This document shows, one piece after another, positions 20,224-32,376 of a stretch of DNA of 61,309 nt. Both the position numbers and the translations under genes were made by a program. The notes beneath the pieces are model-generated. The model was given only the letters and a program-made list of their open reading frames with translations. It was not told the origin of the DNA and did no database searches. Within the stretch, counting starts at the first letter, position 1. Each line of letters opens with the position of its first letter. Source of the stretch: Chthoniobacteraceae bacterium (GTDB lineage Bacteria > Verrucomicrobiota > Verrucomicrobiia > Chthoniobacterales > Chthoniobacteraceae); the NCBI GenBank assembly GCA_040081625.1, contig JBEBGD010000023.1, positions 1 through 61,309 on the forward strand, in the 5' to 3' direction.

Positions 20224-20738
20224 TACAGCGGCGCCTGCACCGCGAGCACTTTCATCAGCACGGCGGCGAAGCCGAGGATCGCGAGGATCGCCAGCGCGAT
20301 GACCGCCATTCCGATCGGATCCTTCTTCTTTTTCTTCGACTGAAACGGCGACGCGTTTTGAAAATTCACCGGCGCACTGCTCGACTCCGCGGGCAGCAAC
20401 TCGGGCGTATCCTCGGTCGGCATCGGGCGCGCACCAGTCTTGTTCTCGCTCTCGTAAGAGCCCTCGACTTTGCCCAGCCGCAGCGTGTCGCCGTCCTGGA
20501 GCCGGTAGTCGGTGTCTGTGGCGAGATCCTTGCCGTTGAGGCGCGAGCCGTTGGTCGAGCCAACGTCGCGCAGCACGTAATCATCGTCCTTGAAGACGAG
20601 CGAGGCGTGATGACTCGACACGCTCGGATCCTCGATCTGGAGCGTGTTGTCCGGCGAGCGGCCGATGGTGATGGATTCTTCGGCGAGGTCGTAGGTCTGT
20701 TGAGTGCCGTCCTGGAGAGTGACGATCAGCTTGGGCAT
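20223..20738 (-). CDS. FHA domain-containing membrane protein
   Basis: IGRSPDN, VSSHHA, GSTNGS; C-terminal TM helix. Confidence 0.9.
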   Translation of the reverse strand: MPKLIVTLQDGTQQTYDLAEESITIGRSPDNTLQIEDPSVSSHHASLVFKDDDYVLRDVGSTNGSRLNGKDLATDTDYRLQDGDTLRLGKVEGSYESENKTGARPMPTEDTPELLPAESSSAPVNFQNASPFQSKKKKKDPIGMAVIALAILAILGFAAVLMKVLAVQAPL

Positions 20739-20759
20739 GGCGTGGGGAGGTTGCGGGGC

Positions 20760-21929
20760 TTAACGCGATTCGTCAATGAGCTTGGCGAACTGCGCGAAGA
20801 AGTGCGTGGCGTCGTTCGGGCCGGGCGCGGCCTCGGGGTGGTATTGCACGGAGAAGACCGGCGCTTCCTTGTGCGCGAGCCCCTCGACGGTCTGGTCGTT
20901 GAGGTTGATGTGCGTGACTTCGACGTTCGCCGGCAGCGAGTCGGCATCGACGGCGAAGCCGTGGTTTTGCGAAGTGATATCGACCTTCCCCGTGCGCACG
21001 TCCTGCACCGGTTGGTTGCCGCCGCGATGTCCGAACTTGAGCTTGAAGGTCTTCCCGCCCACCGCGTAGCCGAGCATTTGGTGCCCGAGGCAGATGCCGA
21101 AGATTGGCGTGCGACCGATGAGCTTGCGGATGTTCTCATGCACGTAAGTCAGCGCCGCCGGGTCGCCGGGACCGTTCGAGAGGAAGACGCCGTCGGCCTT
21201 CAGCGCGAGCACGTCCTCCGCGCTCGTCTCCGCCGGCACCACGCGCACCTTGAACCCATGCTGCCGCAGCCGGCGCAGGATGTTCAGCTTCATGCCGAAA
21301 TCGTAAGCCACGATCGAATGCCGCACCGGCGGCAGCTTCTTGAAGACCTCGTTCCCGTCGCGGATTTCCACGCCGCTGCCGTCGCCCTTCACGAGCGTCC
21401 ACTCGGGCGAGAGCTTGTCGTCCGGATCCCAGTCGAACGCGGCACCGGGCGTCACCTCCTTCACGAAATCCGACCCCGCCATCGGCGGCGCCGCCTTCGC
21501 CCGCGCCACCGCTTCCTCCGCGGAAATATCGTCGCTCGTCAGGCACGCCTGCATCGCCCCGCGCGAACGCAGATGCTTGGTCAGCGCGCGCGTATCCACG
21601 CCCTGGATGCCCGGCACCTTCCAGCGCTTTAGGTAAGTGTCGAGATCGCCCGTCGAGCGCCAGTTGCTCGCGATCACAGAGAGCTCCTCGATCACAAACC
21701 CGCGCACGTGCACGGCGCTGCTCTCGTCGTCGAGCGCGTTGACGCCATAGTTGCCGATCTGCGGCGCCGTCATCGCCACGATCTGGCCGCGATACGACGG
21801 GTCCGTGAGCACCTCCTGGTAGCCGCTCATGGAAGTATTGAAACAAGCCTCGCCGACCGTGGTGCCGGTCGCGCCGAAGCCTTCGCCGATGAAAGTGCGC
21901 CCATCTTCGAGGGCAAGGATCGCTCGCAT
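20760..21929 (-). CDS. carA: Carbamoyl-phosphate synthase small subunit
   Basis: LALEDG, FNTSMSGYQEVLTDPSY, LSNGPGDP, GICLGHQ, SQNHGF, QYHPE. Confidence 0.97.
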   Translation of the reverse strand: MRAILALEDGRTFIGEGFGATGTTVGEACFNTSMSGYQEVLTDPSYRGQIVAMTAPQIGNYGVNALDDESSAVHVRGFVIEELSVIASNWRSTGDLDTYLKRWKVPGIQGVDTRALTKHLRSRGAMQACLTSDDISAEEAVARAKAAPPMAGSDFVKEVTPGAAFDWDPDDKLSPEWTLVKGDGSGVEIRDGNEVFKKLPPVRHSIVAYDFGMKLNILRRLRQHGFKVRVVPAETSAEDVLALKADGVFLSNGPGDPAALTYVHENIRKLIGRTPIFGICLGHQMLGYAVGGKTFKLKFGHRGGNQPVQDVRTGKVDITSQNHGFAVDADSLPANVEVTHINLNDQTVEGLAHKEAPVFSVQYHPEAAPGPNDATHFFAQFAKLIDESR

Positions 21930-22033
21930 TTGTGGGCGCGCTGATAAGTGCGCCGGGCGCGACGCGAAAGCGGAAACTTGCGAGCCGATCACAGGCTTGC
22001 CTTCCGCTGCGCCGATCCTCACGCTCCCCGACC

Positions 22034-22414
22034 ATGAAAGCGCGCTCGAAAGCCCGTCCTGCCCGCCCCTCCCACCGCCGCATCTTCGCCGCCGCCGACG
22101 CTCAATACGTCGCGATGCTGGAGATCCTCGTGGAAAAGGTCGCCGATCACATCGCAAACCCCAAAGCGAGTCGGAAGCCGCCCTTGGGCCCGATGCCGAC
22201 CGCCCGGCAATCGCACGCGAGGTTCGGGCGCAACCTCTGCGCCGAGCGCCGGAAGGCAGGCCTCACGCAGGCCGAACTCGCCAAACGCGTGAAGCTCACC
22301 CGCGCCCGGATCGGTGCGCTCGAGCGCGGCGAAACCGACGTCAGCATGAAGCTGATGTTCCGTCTCGCCGCGGCGATGGACACGAGCGCCGTGAACCTCA
22401 CCAAGGGCCTCTGA
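22034..22414 (+). CDS. XRE-family helix-turn-helix regulator
   Basis: FGRNLCAERRKAGLTQAELA...IGALERGE; start uncertain. Confidence 0.75.
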   Translation: MKARSKARPARPSHRRIFAAADAQYVAMLEILVEKVADHIANPKASRKPPLGPMPTARQSHARFGRNLCAERRKAGLTQAELAKRVKLTRARIGALERGETDVSMKLMFRLAAAMDTSAVNLTKGL

Positions 22415-22561
22415 CCGTCGCGCGGCCCCGCCGCCGCACGACATGACTCATCGTCCATAAACTTCCGCGCTGATCCGGCGCACTCCCGCGCGTCGCGGGG
22501 TCTGCGAAGTTTGTAGCCGATCGTCCGCAGACCGAATCCGGCGCGGCAGGCATAAGGTGCC

Positions 22562-22612
22562 ATGCCGAAACCGGACCCAACCCTCGCCGCGTTTGGCCGC
22601 AACGTGCGAGCC
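22562..22612 (+). pseudogene. 5' fragment of a second XRE HTH gene
   Basis: MPKPDPTLAAFGRNVR resembles an XRE N-terminus (compare FGRNL in the neighbour); preceded by TAAGG; abuts the HNH stop codon at 22613. Confidence 0.5.
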
Positions 22613-23410
22613 CTATGCTTTCTGAAAGATCTTCGCGCGATGAGTTGCGAGGAAACTCAACTCGGGCAGCACAGCATCATGAGGCAACTGCAACGGCTCA
22701 CCTTCGTAATCGCCGAAGCTGTCGTTGATCACGCGTTGCGTTAGTTCGGCTTTGAGTCGCTTGGATAGACGCAGCTTGAGCTGCTCGTCGAAGGCGATCA
22801 GGCCACGATCGAACGCCGCGTCGTGCAGACGCGAAAGGCACAAACCGTTTCGCACGTTCAGGCGCTCGGCGGGATGCGTGCCCCAAGGCAGGATGTGCGA
22901 GGCGATGAGCAGTTCGCGCACGGACAAGCCCGTGACTCCGCAACGGCCGCCAAAATTGTTCAAGACCGCGTCGCGGAAGAATTCCTGACCGCGTCGCACC
23001 TTGGCTTCGACGACCAGTTCAGTCGGCCCCGAGGGCGGGCGCTTGCTCACTCGCACGCCAACCTTCGGCAGCACCTCAAGGTCGCTGCGGTCGTCCACGT
23101 CGAATAGCTTCCGCAGCGCGTCTTCGCTCGCAGGCACGGTTTCGTTGAGGTCGGTGTGAAACTCCTTCCAAATCGTGCGGTCGAGAGCACTCGCACCTTC
23201 GAGCCCCTTGATGCCGCGCAGTTTCAGCGCCGGATCGAGCGATGCGAGATTGCACAGCTTCATCGCCGTGCTGTTTGCGCCGCGACCGAGCTTTTCGGCC
23301 AGCGCGATGATGACGGGTTGCCGCGCGTGAAGCTGTCCGAAAGTGAGCTTGTGATAGACGTTCATCGCGACCAGCAACTCGTCGCGCGTCCACTTTCTTC
23401 CGGAAGGCAT
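22613..23410 (-). CDS. HNH endonuclease (putative restriction nuclease)
   Basis: RRGQEFFRDAVL, CGVTG, LIASHILPW, NGLCLSRLHDAAFDRG; N-terminal WTRDEL...AMKLCNLASLD domain. Confidence 0.88.
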   Translation of the reverse strand: MPSGRKWTRDELLVAMNVYHKLTFGQLHARQPVIIALAEKLGRGANSTAMKLCNLASLDPALKLRGIKGLEGASALDRTIWKEFHTDLNETVPASEDALRKLFDVDDRSDLEVLPKVGVRVSKRPPSGPTELVVEAKVRRGQEFFRDAVLNNFGGRCGVTGLSVRELLIASHILPWGTHPAERLNVRNGLCLSRLHDAAFDRGLIAFDEQLKLRLSKRLKAELTQRVINDSFGDYEGEPLQLPHDAVLPELSFLATHRAKIFQKA

Positions 23411-23448
23411 TCCGGGAAACTACAAAGCGGGAGGTTGGAGGAAAAGCC

Positions 23449-24120
23449 ATGAGTGACGAATCGAAACGCCCCGATCCCGCCGCCGTCTTCGCCTGTGCCA
23501 TGTCGCTATGGAAGGCCTGCGATGAGGCGGCGAAAGCGGACGATGCCCTCGATCTAAGTGACGCCTACAACGGGATGGATGAGTTGATGCGCGTCGTGCT
23601 GCGCATCGGCGAAGCGTTCGAGCGCTGGTGCTGCGCGCACGTCGAGTTCGGTGAGTTGAGCGACGTCTGGCCTTACCTGCTGCAGGACCGATTCGGGACG
23701 GCGTGTCTGTCCGCGATGCTGCCGCACGGCCTCGCGCAGTTTGCGGAAGCCGATTGTCTCCGCGTGGCGATGCGCTTGCCGGTGGCGATCAAAGTGAGCG
23801 AACAGCTTCCTATCCCCGTCGATTTGCCCGCTCCGAATCCGATTACCGGTTCCGTCTTCCGTGAATTCAGGATTCAAACGCAGCGCAACCATCTCGACGA
23901 CGGCGAGGCGATTACTTTCTCCGCCGAGGATGAGCCGTTCGATGAGGAGTTTGGCCCTCCGTATTTCGTGCTGATCGGAGTCGCTGCGGAAAACGCGACG
24001 GAAATCATCGCTGCGCGGCGAACCTACGCCGAGATCGTCACGCTCGCGGCGAAGCTGGCACCGGGCATCGCGTTCCCGCGAGCGCCGACGTTTTCACCAA
24101 AGCCGAACGCAGCGCGGTGA
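23449..24120 (+). CDS. Hypothetical protein
   Basis: 223-aa ORF with GGAGG upstream; its last 12 codons read out of frame through a vsr fragment. Confidence 0.7.
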   Translation: MSDESKRPDPAAVFACAMSLWKACDEAAKADDALDLSDAYNGMDELMRVVLRIGEAFERWCCAHVEFGELSDVWPYLLQDRFGTACLSAMLPHGLAQFAEADCLRVAMRLPVAIKVSEQLPIPVDLPAPNPITGSVFREFRIQTQRNHLDDGEAITFSAEDEPFDEEFGPPYFVLIGVAAENATEIIAARRTYAEIVTLAAKLAPGIAFPRAPTFSPKPNAAR

Positions 24121-24164
24121 TGGCGGCGATCCGGGGGAGCGGGAACCGGGACACGGAGCTGCGG
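24085..24164 (+). pseudogene. Truncated 5' copy of vsr (copy 1)
   Basis: 75/80 nt identical to 25263-25342; reads ADVFTKAERSAVMAAIRGSGNRDTELR. Confidence 0.9.
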
Positions 24165-24170
24165 CATCCG

Positions 24171-24398
24171 TCATGCGCCGTAGAACTCGTCGCGCGTCAT
24201 CCCGAGGTCGGCCACGATGTCGGCGATGATGCCGCGCGGCACGTCGCCGGTGTGCCATGCGAAGGTGATGAGACGATCCGGGTGAAAGGGATTCGAGTAA
24301 TGGCGATGGCTGCCGGAGGTGCGGAGCAGTTCGCAGCCGATCTCCCGCAGCCGCTTGTCGAGCTTGCGGCAATTCCATGCGGGGAACTTTTTCCCCAC
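24171..24398 (-). CDS. hicA: HicA family toxin
   Basis: LREIGCELLRTSGSHRHY...WHTGDVPRGIIADI. Confidence 0.85.
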   Translation of the reverse strand: MGKKFPAWNCRKLDKRLREIGCELLRTSGSHRHYSNPFHPDRLITFAWHTGDVPRGIIADIVADLGMTRDEFYGA

Positions 24399-24401
24399 GG
24401 C

Positions 24402-24638
24402 TCAGGCGGCGAGGATGAACTTGTCGCGGAAGGCCGGCGGGATCGGGCGGCCGGTATCCATGAGCGCTTCGAGATGGGCTTTGGCCGCCTGCTGGAAACG
24501 CAGGATGGCTTCGCCGCGGTCGCGTCCGTGCGCGTGACAGCCGGGAAGCAGGGCACTCCTGGCGATGAAAACGCCGTCTTCGTCGCGTGTGACTTTGACC
24601 TTCGAAATCGGAACGATCATGCGCTGGAGGGTAGGCAT
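24402..24638 (-). CDS. hicB: HicB family antitoxin (short, no DNA-binding domain)
   Basis: DEDGVFIA...LPGCHAHG...EA...GRPIP; upstream of hicA. Confidence 0.82.
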   Translation of the reverse strand: MPTLQRMIVPISKVKVTRDEDGVFIARSALLPGCHAHGRDRGEAILRFQQAAKAHLEALMDTGRPIPPAFRDKFILAA

Positions 24639-24667
24639 TGGCGGACGCAGCGTAAAGGACGCGATTG

Positions 24668-24724
24668 ATGCCCGACGTTTTCACCAAGGCCAAACGCAGC
24701 GCGGTGATGGCGGCGATCCGCGGG
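24668..24724 (+). pseudogene. Truncated 5' copy of vsr (copy 2)
   Basis: 54/57 nt identical to 25259-25315; reads MPDVFTKAKRSAVMAAIRG. Confidence 0.9.
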
Positions 24725-24726
24725 GC

Positions 24727-24981
24727 TCAGGCGGTGACGGGGAGCGGGCGTGGGAAGCGACCGTGGACGGCGTCGTCCACGAGGATGTCTTCGTCGAGCT
24801 CCTCCCAGCGCAAGGCGCGGCCTTGCACACGGAGCATGGCCTTTTCCAAAAGCTCCTGCGGAGCGTCGGCTAGGCGCGGGTATTTGGAGGCGGGAAAGCT
24901 GACGAGGCGCTGGTCGGCGAGTTCGACCCAGACGCGGCGACCTTCGATCCAGCAGCGGAGGGCGGTGGTGTCAGCGGGCAT
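24727..24981 (-). CDS. DUF2442 domain protein (putative antitoxin)
   Basis: VELADQRLVSFP..YPRL..A...ALRWEELDEDI. Confidence 0.85.
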   Translation of the reverse strand: MPADTTALRCWIEGRRVWVELADQRLVSFPASKYPRLADAPQELLEKAMLRVQGRALRWEELDEDILVDDAVHGRFPRPLPVTA

Positions 24982-25207
24982 GGAAGGCAGTGTAGGCGGC
25001 GATGAGCGTGTCGCAATGCTCGATGACAAGGTGCTCGATGTCGCGCAGCTCGGTGGCGCTGAATCCGTGGTTGGCGGCGAGCGTCACGGGTTGCAGCCAG
25101 TATTTGGCTTCGCGATCGTCGCGGGCGACGTGGATGTGTGGCGGTTCGCCGCCCTCGTTGCTGTAGAAATGGAAGCGGTAGGGACCGACGCGGAGGACCG
25201 TGGGCAT
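24971..25207 (-). CDS. DUF4160 domain protein (putative toxin)
   Basis: MPTVLRVGPYRFHFYSNEGGEPPHIHV...AKYWL, found at the C-terminal end of the long shadow ORF. Confidence 0.88.
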   Translation of the reverse strand: MPTVLRVGPYRFHFYSNEGGEPPHIHVARDDREAKYWLQPVTLAANHGFSATELRDIEHLVIEHCDTLIAAYTAFHAR

Positions 25208-25258
25208 CGCGGAAGCGTGTGGTCGCGGAAGGGGAAGTCGAATCAGCGCTGACGCGAG

Positions 25259-25672
25259 ATGCCCGACGTTTTCACCCCAGCCAAACGCAGCGCGGTGATG
25301 GCGGCGATCCGCGGGAGCGGGAACCGGGATACGGAGCTGCGGATGATGGCGCTCTTTCGCGCGAACGGGATCACCGGCTGGCGGCGGAACGCGCGCGTGT
25401 TTGGCAAACCGGACTTCGTCTTCCGCGCGGTGAAGGTCGCGGTGTTTGTCGATGGATGTTTCTGGCACGGCTGTCCGCGCCACGCGACGAAGCCGGCGAC
25501 GCGTGCGGAGTGGTGGGCGGCGAAGCTCGCTCGCAATGCGCTGCGTGACCGGGAGGTGACGCGAACCTTGCGCAAGGACGGCTGGCGGGTGCTGCGCGTG
25601 TGGGAGTGTGAGCTCACGGCGAAGCGGCAGGCGGCGACAGTGCGGCGGGTCGCGCGGGCGCTGGGCGGGTAA
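25259..25672 (+). CDS. vsr: Very short patch repair endonuclease
   Basis: RSAVMAAIR, TEL, GKPDFVF, FVDGCFWHGC, GWRVLRVWEC. Confidence 0.93.
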   Translation: MPDVFTPAKRSAVMAAIRGSGNRDTELRMMALFRANGITGWRRNARVFGKPDFVFRAVKVAVFVDGCFWHGCPRHATKPATRAEWWAAKLARNALRDREVTRTLRKDGWRVLRVWECELTAKRQAATVRRVARALGG

Positions 25673-25732
25673 CGCCCCGGGCAAACTTCCGGCTGGCTTC
25701 GCGCGGCAGCCGCGCTCACCTACGCGGCTCCC

Positions 25733-26710
25733 ATGACTTCCCGCCGCCGCTTCCTCCGCCAGACCTTCGCCTTCAGCGCGCTCGCCGCCGCGGGCTGGCG
25801 CCGCCACGCGCTCGGCGCCCCGGTGGACCCGGCTGCGCAGCATATCCTCATGCTCGGCGACTGGGGCGCGGACAATAAGATCGCGGACCAGACGCGGGTG
25901 GCGAAGGCGATGGCGGCCTACGCGCAGGCGCAGCGCATCAAGCCCGGCGCGCTGTTGATGCTCGGCGACAATTTCTACGGCAAGGTGAACGGCGGCGTGT
26001 CCGATCCCCGCTGGCAGACGCAGTTCGAGCAGATGTATCCGCAGTCCGCGTTCGACTGCCCGTGCTACGCGATCCTCGGCAACCACGACTACTACGTGGA
26101 GCCCGCGAGCAAGCCGGACGATCAGCTCGCCTACGCCGCGAAGGGCGGCACGCGCTGGACCATGCCGGCGAAGTGGTATCGCTTCGAGTTCCCGAAGGTG
26201 AACCCGCTCGTGACCTTCCTCGCGCTCGACAGCAACTATCAGAAGTCCGACGAGAAAAAGCAGGCGCTCACCGACGCGGAGAAGGCCGCGCAGCTCGCGT
26301 GGCTCAAGGCCGAGCTGGCAAAGCCGCACGCGCCCTTCGTCGTCGCGCTCGGCCATCACCCGCTCTACTCGAACGGCCAGCACGGCGACACCAAGCCGCT
26401 GCTCGAAGCGTGGGAGCCGATCTTCCGCCAGCACAAGGTCCACCTCTATCTCTGCGGTCACGATCACGACATGCAGCACCTCGAATTCGACGGCCATCCG
26501 ACCTCGTTCGCCATCTCTGGCGGAGGCGGCGCGGGCGTTCGCGAGCTCAAGCAGGATCCGAAAAAGCGCGGCCCGTTCGGCCAGAAGATTCACGGCTTCT
26601 CGCACCTCGAGATGAGCGCCGGCTCGCTCGTGCTGCGCCACCTCGGCGCCGACGGAAGGGCGTTGCACGCCTTCAGCAAGACGCCCGCGGGCAGGGTGAC
26701 CGTGCTGTAG
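25733..26710 (+). CDS. Metallophosphoesterase (purple acid phosphatase-like), Tat-exported
   Basis: SRRRFL, GDWG, GDNFY, GNHDY, GHHP, CGHDH. Confidence 0.9.
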   Translation: MTSRRRFLRQTFAFSALAAAGWRRHALGAPVDPAAQHILMLGDWGADNKIADQTRVAKAMAAYAQAQRIKPGALLMLGDNFYGKVNGGVSDPRWQTQFEQMYPQSAFDCPCYAILGNHDYYVEPASKPDDQLAYAAKGGTRWTMPAKWYRFEFPKVNPLVTFLALDSNYQKSDEKKQALTDAEKAAQLAWLKAELAKPHAPFVVALGHHPLYSNGQHGDTKPLLEAWEPIFRQHKVHLYLCGHDHDMQHLEFDGHPTSFAISGGGGAGVRELKQDPKKRGPFGQKIHGFSHLEMSAGSLVLRHLGADGRALHAFSKTPAGRVTVL

Positions 26711-26781
26711 CCGGCGCAGAATCATCCATGCGCCACCGGGTAGGTGAGGTGCGGCGGAAATTGGCTACGTTGCGCCTCCCG

Positions 26782-29664
<2,883 letters not shown>

Positions 29665-29667
29665 AGC

Positions 29668-31095
29668 ATGAACCCGATCGATCACGTCCTCGCCACACAA
29701 AGCCGCCGCCAGTTTTTCCGCCGCTCCGGCGTCACGCTCGGCAGCGCCGCGCTCGCAAATCTTCTGCGCGAAAGCGCCAGCGCCGTGACGAACCCGCTCG
29801 CGGCGAAGCTCCCGCACTTCGCGCCGAAGGCGAAGAACGTGATCTATCTCCACATGATCGGGGCACCCTCGCAGCTCGATCTGTTCGAAGATAAGCCGGG
29901 GCTGCGCCTGCGCGATGGCGAGGACTGCCCGGAGGAGCTGCTCGCCGGCAAGCGCTTCGCCTTCATCGGCGGGCGCATGAAGCTCGCGGGATCGAAGTTC
30001 AAGTTCGCGCAGCACGGGCAGAGCGGGCAGGTCTTCTCCGAGCTGCTGCCGCATCTCTCGACCGTCGCCGACGACATCGCGATCGTTCACTCGCTGCACA
30101 CCGATGAGATCAATCACGCACCCGCGCAGCTATTCCTGCACACCGGCTTCGGACGCGGCGGTCGGCCGGGCGTCGGCTCATGGGTCACGTATGGCCTCGG
30201 CTCGGAAAACAAGGATCTGCCGGCGTATGTCGTCATGCTCTCGGGTCCAGCGGGCGGCGCGGGCACCGGGCCGTGGAGCACGGGGTTTTTGCCGAGCGTG
30301 TATCAGGGCATTCAGTTCCGCGGAAAGGGCGAGCCGGTGCTCTTCCTCACGAACCCCGACGGCCACGGCCCCGCCGATCGCCGCCGCGTGCTCGATGCCG
30401 TGAGTGCGCTGAATCAATCGCAACTCGCCGACGTGGGCGACCCGGAGATCGCGACGCGCATCAGCCAATACGAGATGGCCTTTCGCATGCAGACGAGCGT
30501 GCCGGAGCTCATGGACATCGCGAAGGAATCGCCCGACACACTCGCGATGTATGGCGCGCAGCCGGGCAAGGCATCCTTCGCGAACAACTGCCTGCTCGCG
30601 CGACGGCTCATCGAGCGCGGTGTGCGCATGGTGCAGCTCTTCGATTCCGACTGGGACCATCACGCAAACCTCGCGAACTCATTGCCGCGCAAATGCCGCG
30701 ACATCGATCAAGCCTGCGCCGCGCTGATTCAGGATCTCAAGCAACGCGGGCTTCTCAAGGACACGCTGGTCGTGTGGGGCGCCGAGTTCGGGCGCACGCC
30801 GCTCGCACAGGGCATCTCCGGCGACGGCGCGGCGACGAAGCCGGGGCGCGATCATCACAAGGACGCGTTCACGATGTGGATGGCCGGCGGCGGCGTGAAG
30901 CCGGGCGTGAGCCACGGCGAGAGCGACGAGTTCGGCTTCGGCGTCGTGAAGGACGGCGTTCACGTTCACGATCTCAACGCGACCGTGCTGCACCTGCTCG
31001 GGCTCGATCACGAGCGGCTCACCTTCAAATATCAGGGCCGCAACTTCCGCCTCACCGACGTGCATGGGCACATCGTGAAGCCGCTGCTGGCCTGA
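29668..31095 (+). CDS. DUF1501 domain-containing protein
   Basis: [51 protein letters not shown]. Confidence 0.93.
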   Translation: MNPIDHVLATQSRRQFFRRSGVTLGSAALANLLRESASAVTNPLAAKLPHFAPKAKNVIYLHMIGAPSQLDLFEDKPGLRLRDGEDCPEELLAGKRFAFIGGRMKLAGSKFKFAQHGQSGQVFSELLPHLSTVADDIAIVHSLHTDEINHAPAQLFLHTGFGRGGRPGVGSWVTYGLGSENKDLPAYVVMLSGPAGGAGTGPWSTGFLPSVYQGIQFRGKGEPVLFLTNPDGHGPADRRRVLDAVSALNQSQLADVGDPEIATRISQYEMAFRMQTSVPELMDIAKESPDTLAMYGAQPGKASFANNCLLARRLIERGVRMVQLFDSDWDHHANLANSLPRKCRDIDQACAALIQDLKQRGLLKDTLVVWGAEFGRTPLAQGISGDGAATKPGRDHHKDAFTMWMAGGGVKPGVSHGESDEFGFGVVKDGVHVHDLNATVLHLLGLDHERLTFKYQGRNFRLTDVHGHIVKPLLA

Positions 31096-31122
31096 GGGCG
31101 CAGGCTCCGCTTAGCTGCCGGC

Positions 31123-32367
31123 ATGAGCCTCGACCCGCAGCGCACCATCGCCGAACTCAAGGAACTCCGCGTGCTCACCGGTGACGAAAACGGTGCGCAG
31201 CGCGTCGCCTTCACGCCGACGTGGGCGAAGGCGCGCGCGTGGCTGCGACCGAAGCTCGAGGAGACCGGAGCGGAGGTTCACAACGACGCGGCGGGGAACA
31301 CCTGGGCGACGCTCCGCGGCGCGTCCGAGAAGGCGCTGCTCATCGGCGGGCACATGGACTCCGTGCCGAATGGAGGCTGGCTCGATGGCTGCCTCAACGT
31401 GCTCGCAGGCGTGGAGATCCTCCGCCGCATCGCTGCGCAATACGACGGCAAGCCACCAATGACGGTGCGCGTCGTCGATTGGGCGGATGAGGAAGGTGCG
31501 CGCTTCGGAAAGAGCCTCTTCGGATCGTCGTCGTGCTCAGGAAACCTCGACATGGAAGAAGCGCGGCGGCTCACAGACAAAGATGGAGTGCATCTCGTCC
31601 ATGCGCTTCGCGAACACGGGATCGACTTCGAGCGCGTGAAGGAATCCGGCCGCGAACTCGCGAACGCCGCCGCATATCTCGAACTGCACATCGAGCAAGG
31701 TCCGGTGCTGCTCGATTTAGACCTGCCGCTCGGCGCGGTGCTCGGCACGTTTGGCGTGGAGCGGCATGCGATCAGTTTCCGCGGCCAGGCCGCGCACTCC
31801 GGCAGCACACCGATGAACCGCCGCCGCGACGCCTTCCTCGCGGCGGGGAAGATGAGCGCGGAGATCTACCGGATCGCCGAGCGCAGCGGGGATGGCGTAT
31901 GCACGATCGGCTCTTGCACGACGAAGCCGGGCATCGTGACGAGCGTCGTCGAGGAATGCCGCATCGCACTCGACCAGCGCCACCTTGATCCCGCAGCGCT
32001 CGCGCGGATGCTCGCCGAGGCGCGCGAGGCGAGCGAGCGATTCGCCCGCGAGGGAAACGTCGAGGTCGAGTGGGAGCGACTCTGGCACATCGCCCCGCGG
32101 CCTTTCGATCAAGCACTCATCGCGATGTGCGACGACGCGATCCGCGAGACGTGCGGCGTCTCGCATCGCCTCCCGTCCGGCCCCTTGCACGACGCCGCCG
32201 AGGTCGCCGCCGCCGGTGTGCCGACGGTGATGATGTTCACGCAAAGCCTGCACGGCATCAGCCACAACAAGATCGAAGACACGAAGGAGGAGCACCTCGC
32301 GCTCGCCGTCACCGCGTTCGATCGGCTCGCGGACAAAGCGCTCGCGTGGATCGCGGGCGACCACTAG
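31123..32367 (+). CDS. Zn-dependent N-carbamoyl amino acid hydrolase (beta-ureidopropionase/allantoate amidohydrolase family)
   Basis: GGHMDSVPNGGWLDG, DEEGARF, ELHIEQGPVL, AHSGSTPM, HDA, GISHN. Confidence 0.9.
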   Translation: MSLDPQRTIAELKELRVLTGDENGAQRVAFTPTWAKARAWLRPKLEETGAEVHNDAAGNTWATLRGASEKALLIGGHMDSVPNGGWLDGCLNVLAGVEILRRIAAQYDGKPPMTVRVVDWADEEGARFGKSLFGSSSCSGNLDMEEARRLTDKDGVHLVHALREHGIDFERVKESGRELANAAAYLELHIEQGPVLLDLDLPLGAVLGTFGVERHAISFRGQAAHSGSTPMNRRRDAFLAAGKMSAEIYRIAERSGDGVCTIGSCTTKPGIVTSVVEECRIALDQRHLDPAALARMLAEAREASERFAREGNVEVEWERLWHIAPRPFDQALIAMCDDAIRETCGVSHRLPSGPLHDAAEVAAAGVPTVMMFTQSLHGISHNKIEDTKEEHLALAVTAFDRLADKALAWIAGDH

Positions 32368-32376
32368 CTTTTCGCC

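Noticed and set aside
24085..25342. Integron attC sites or prophage att duplication
   Set aside because: The repeats are vsr coding sequence, lack attC palindromic structure, and no tyrosine recombinase is nearby.
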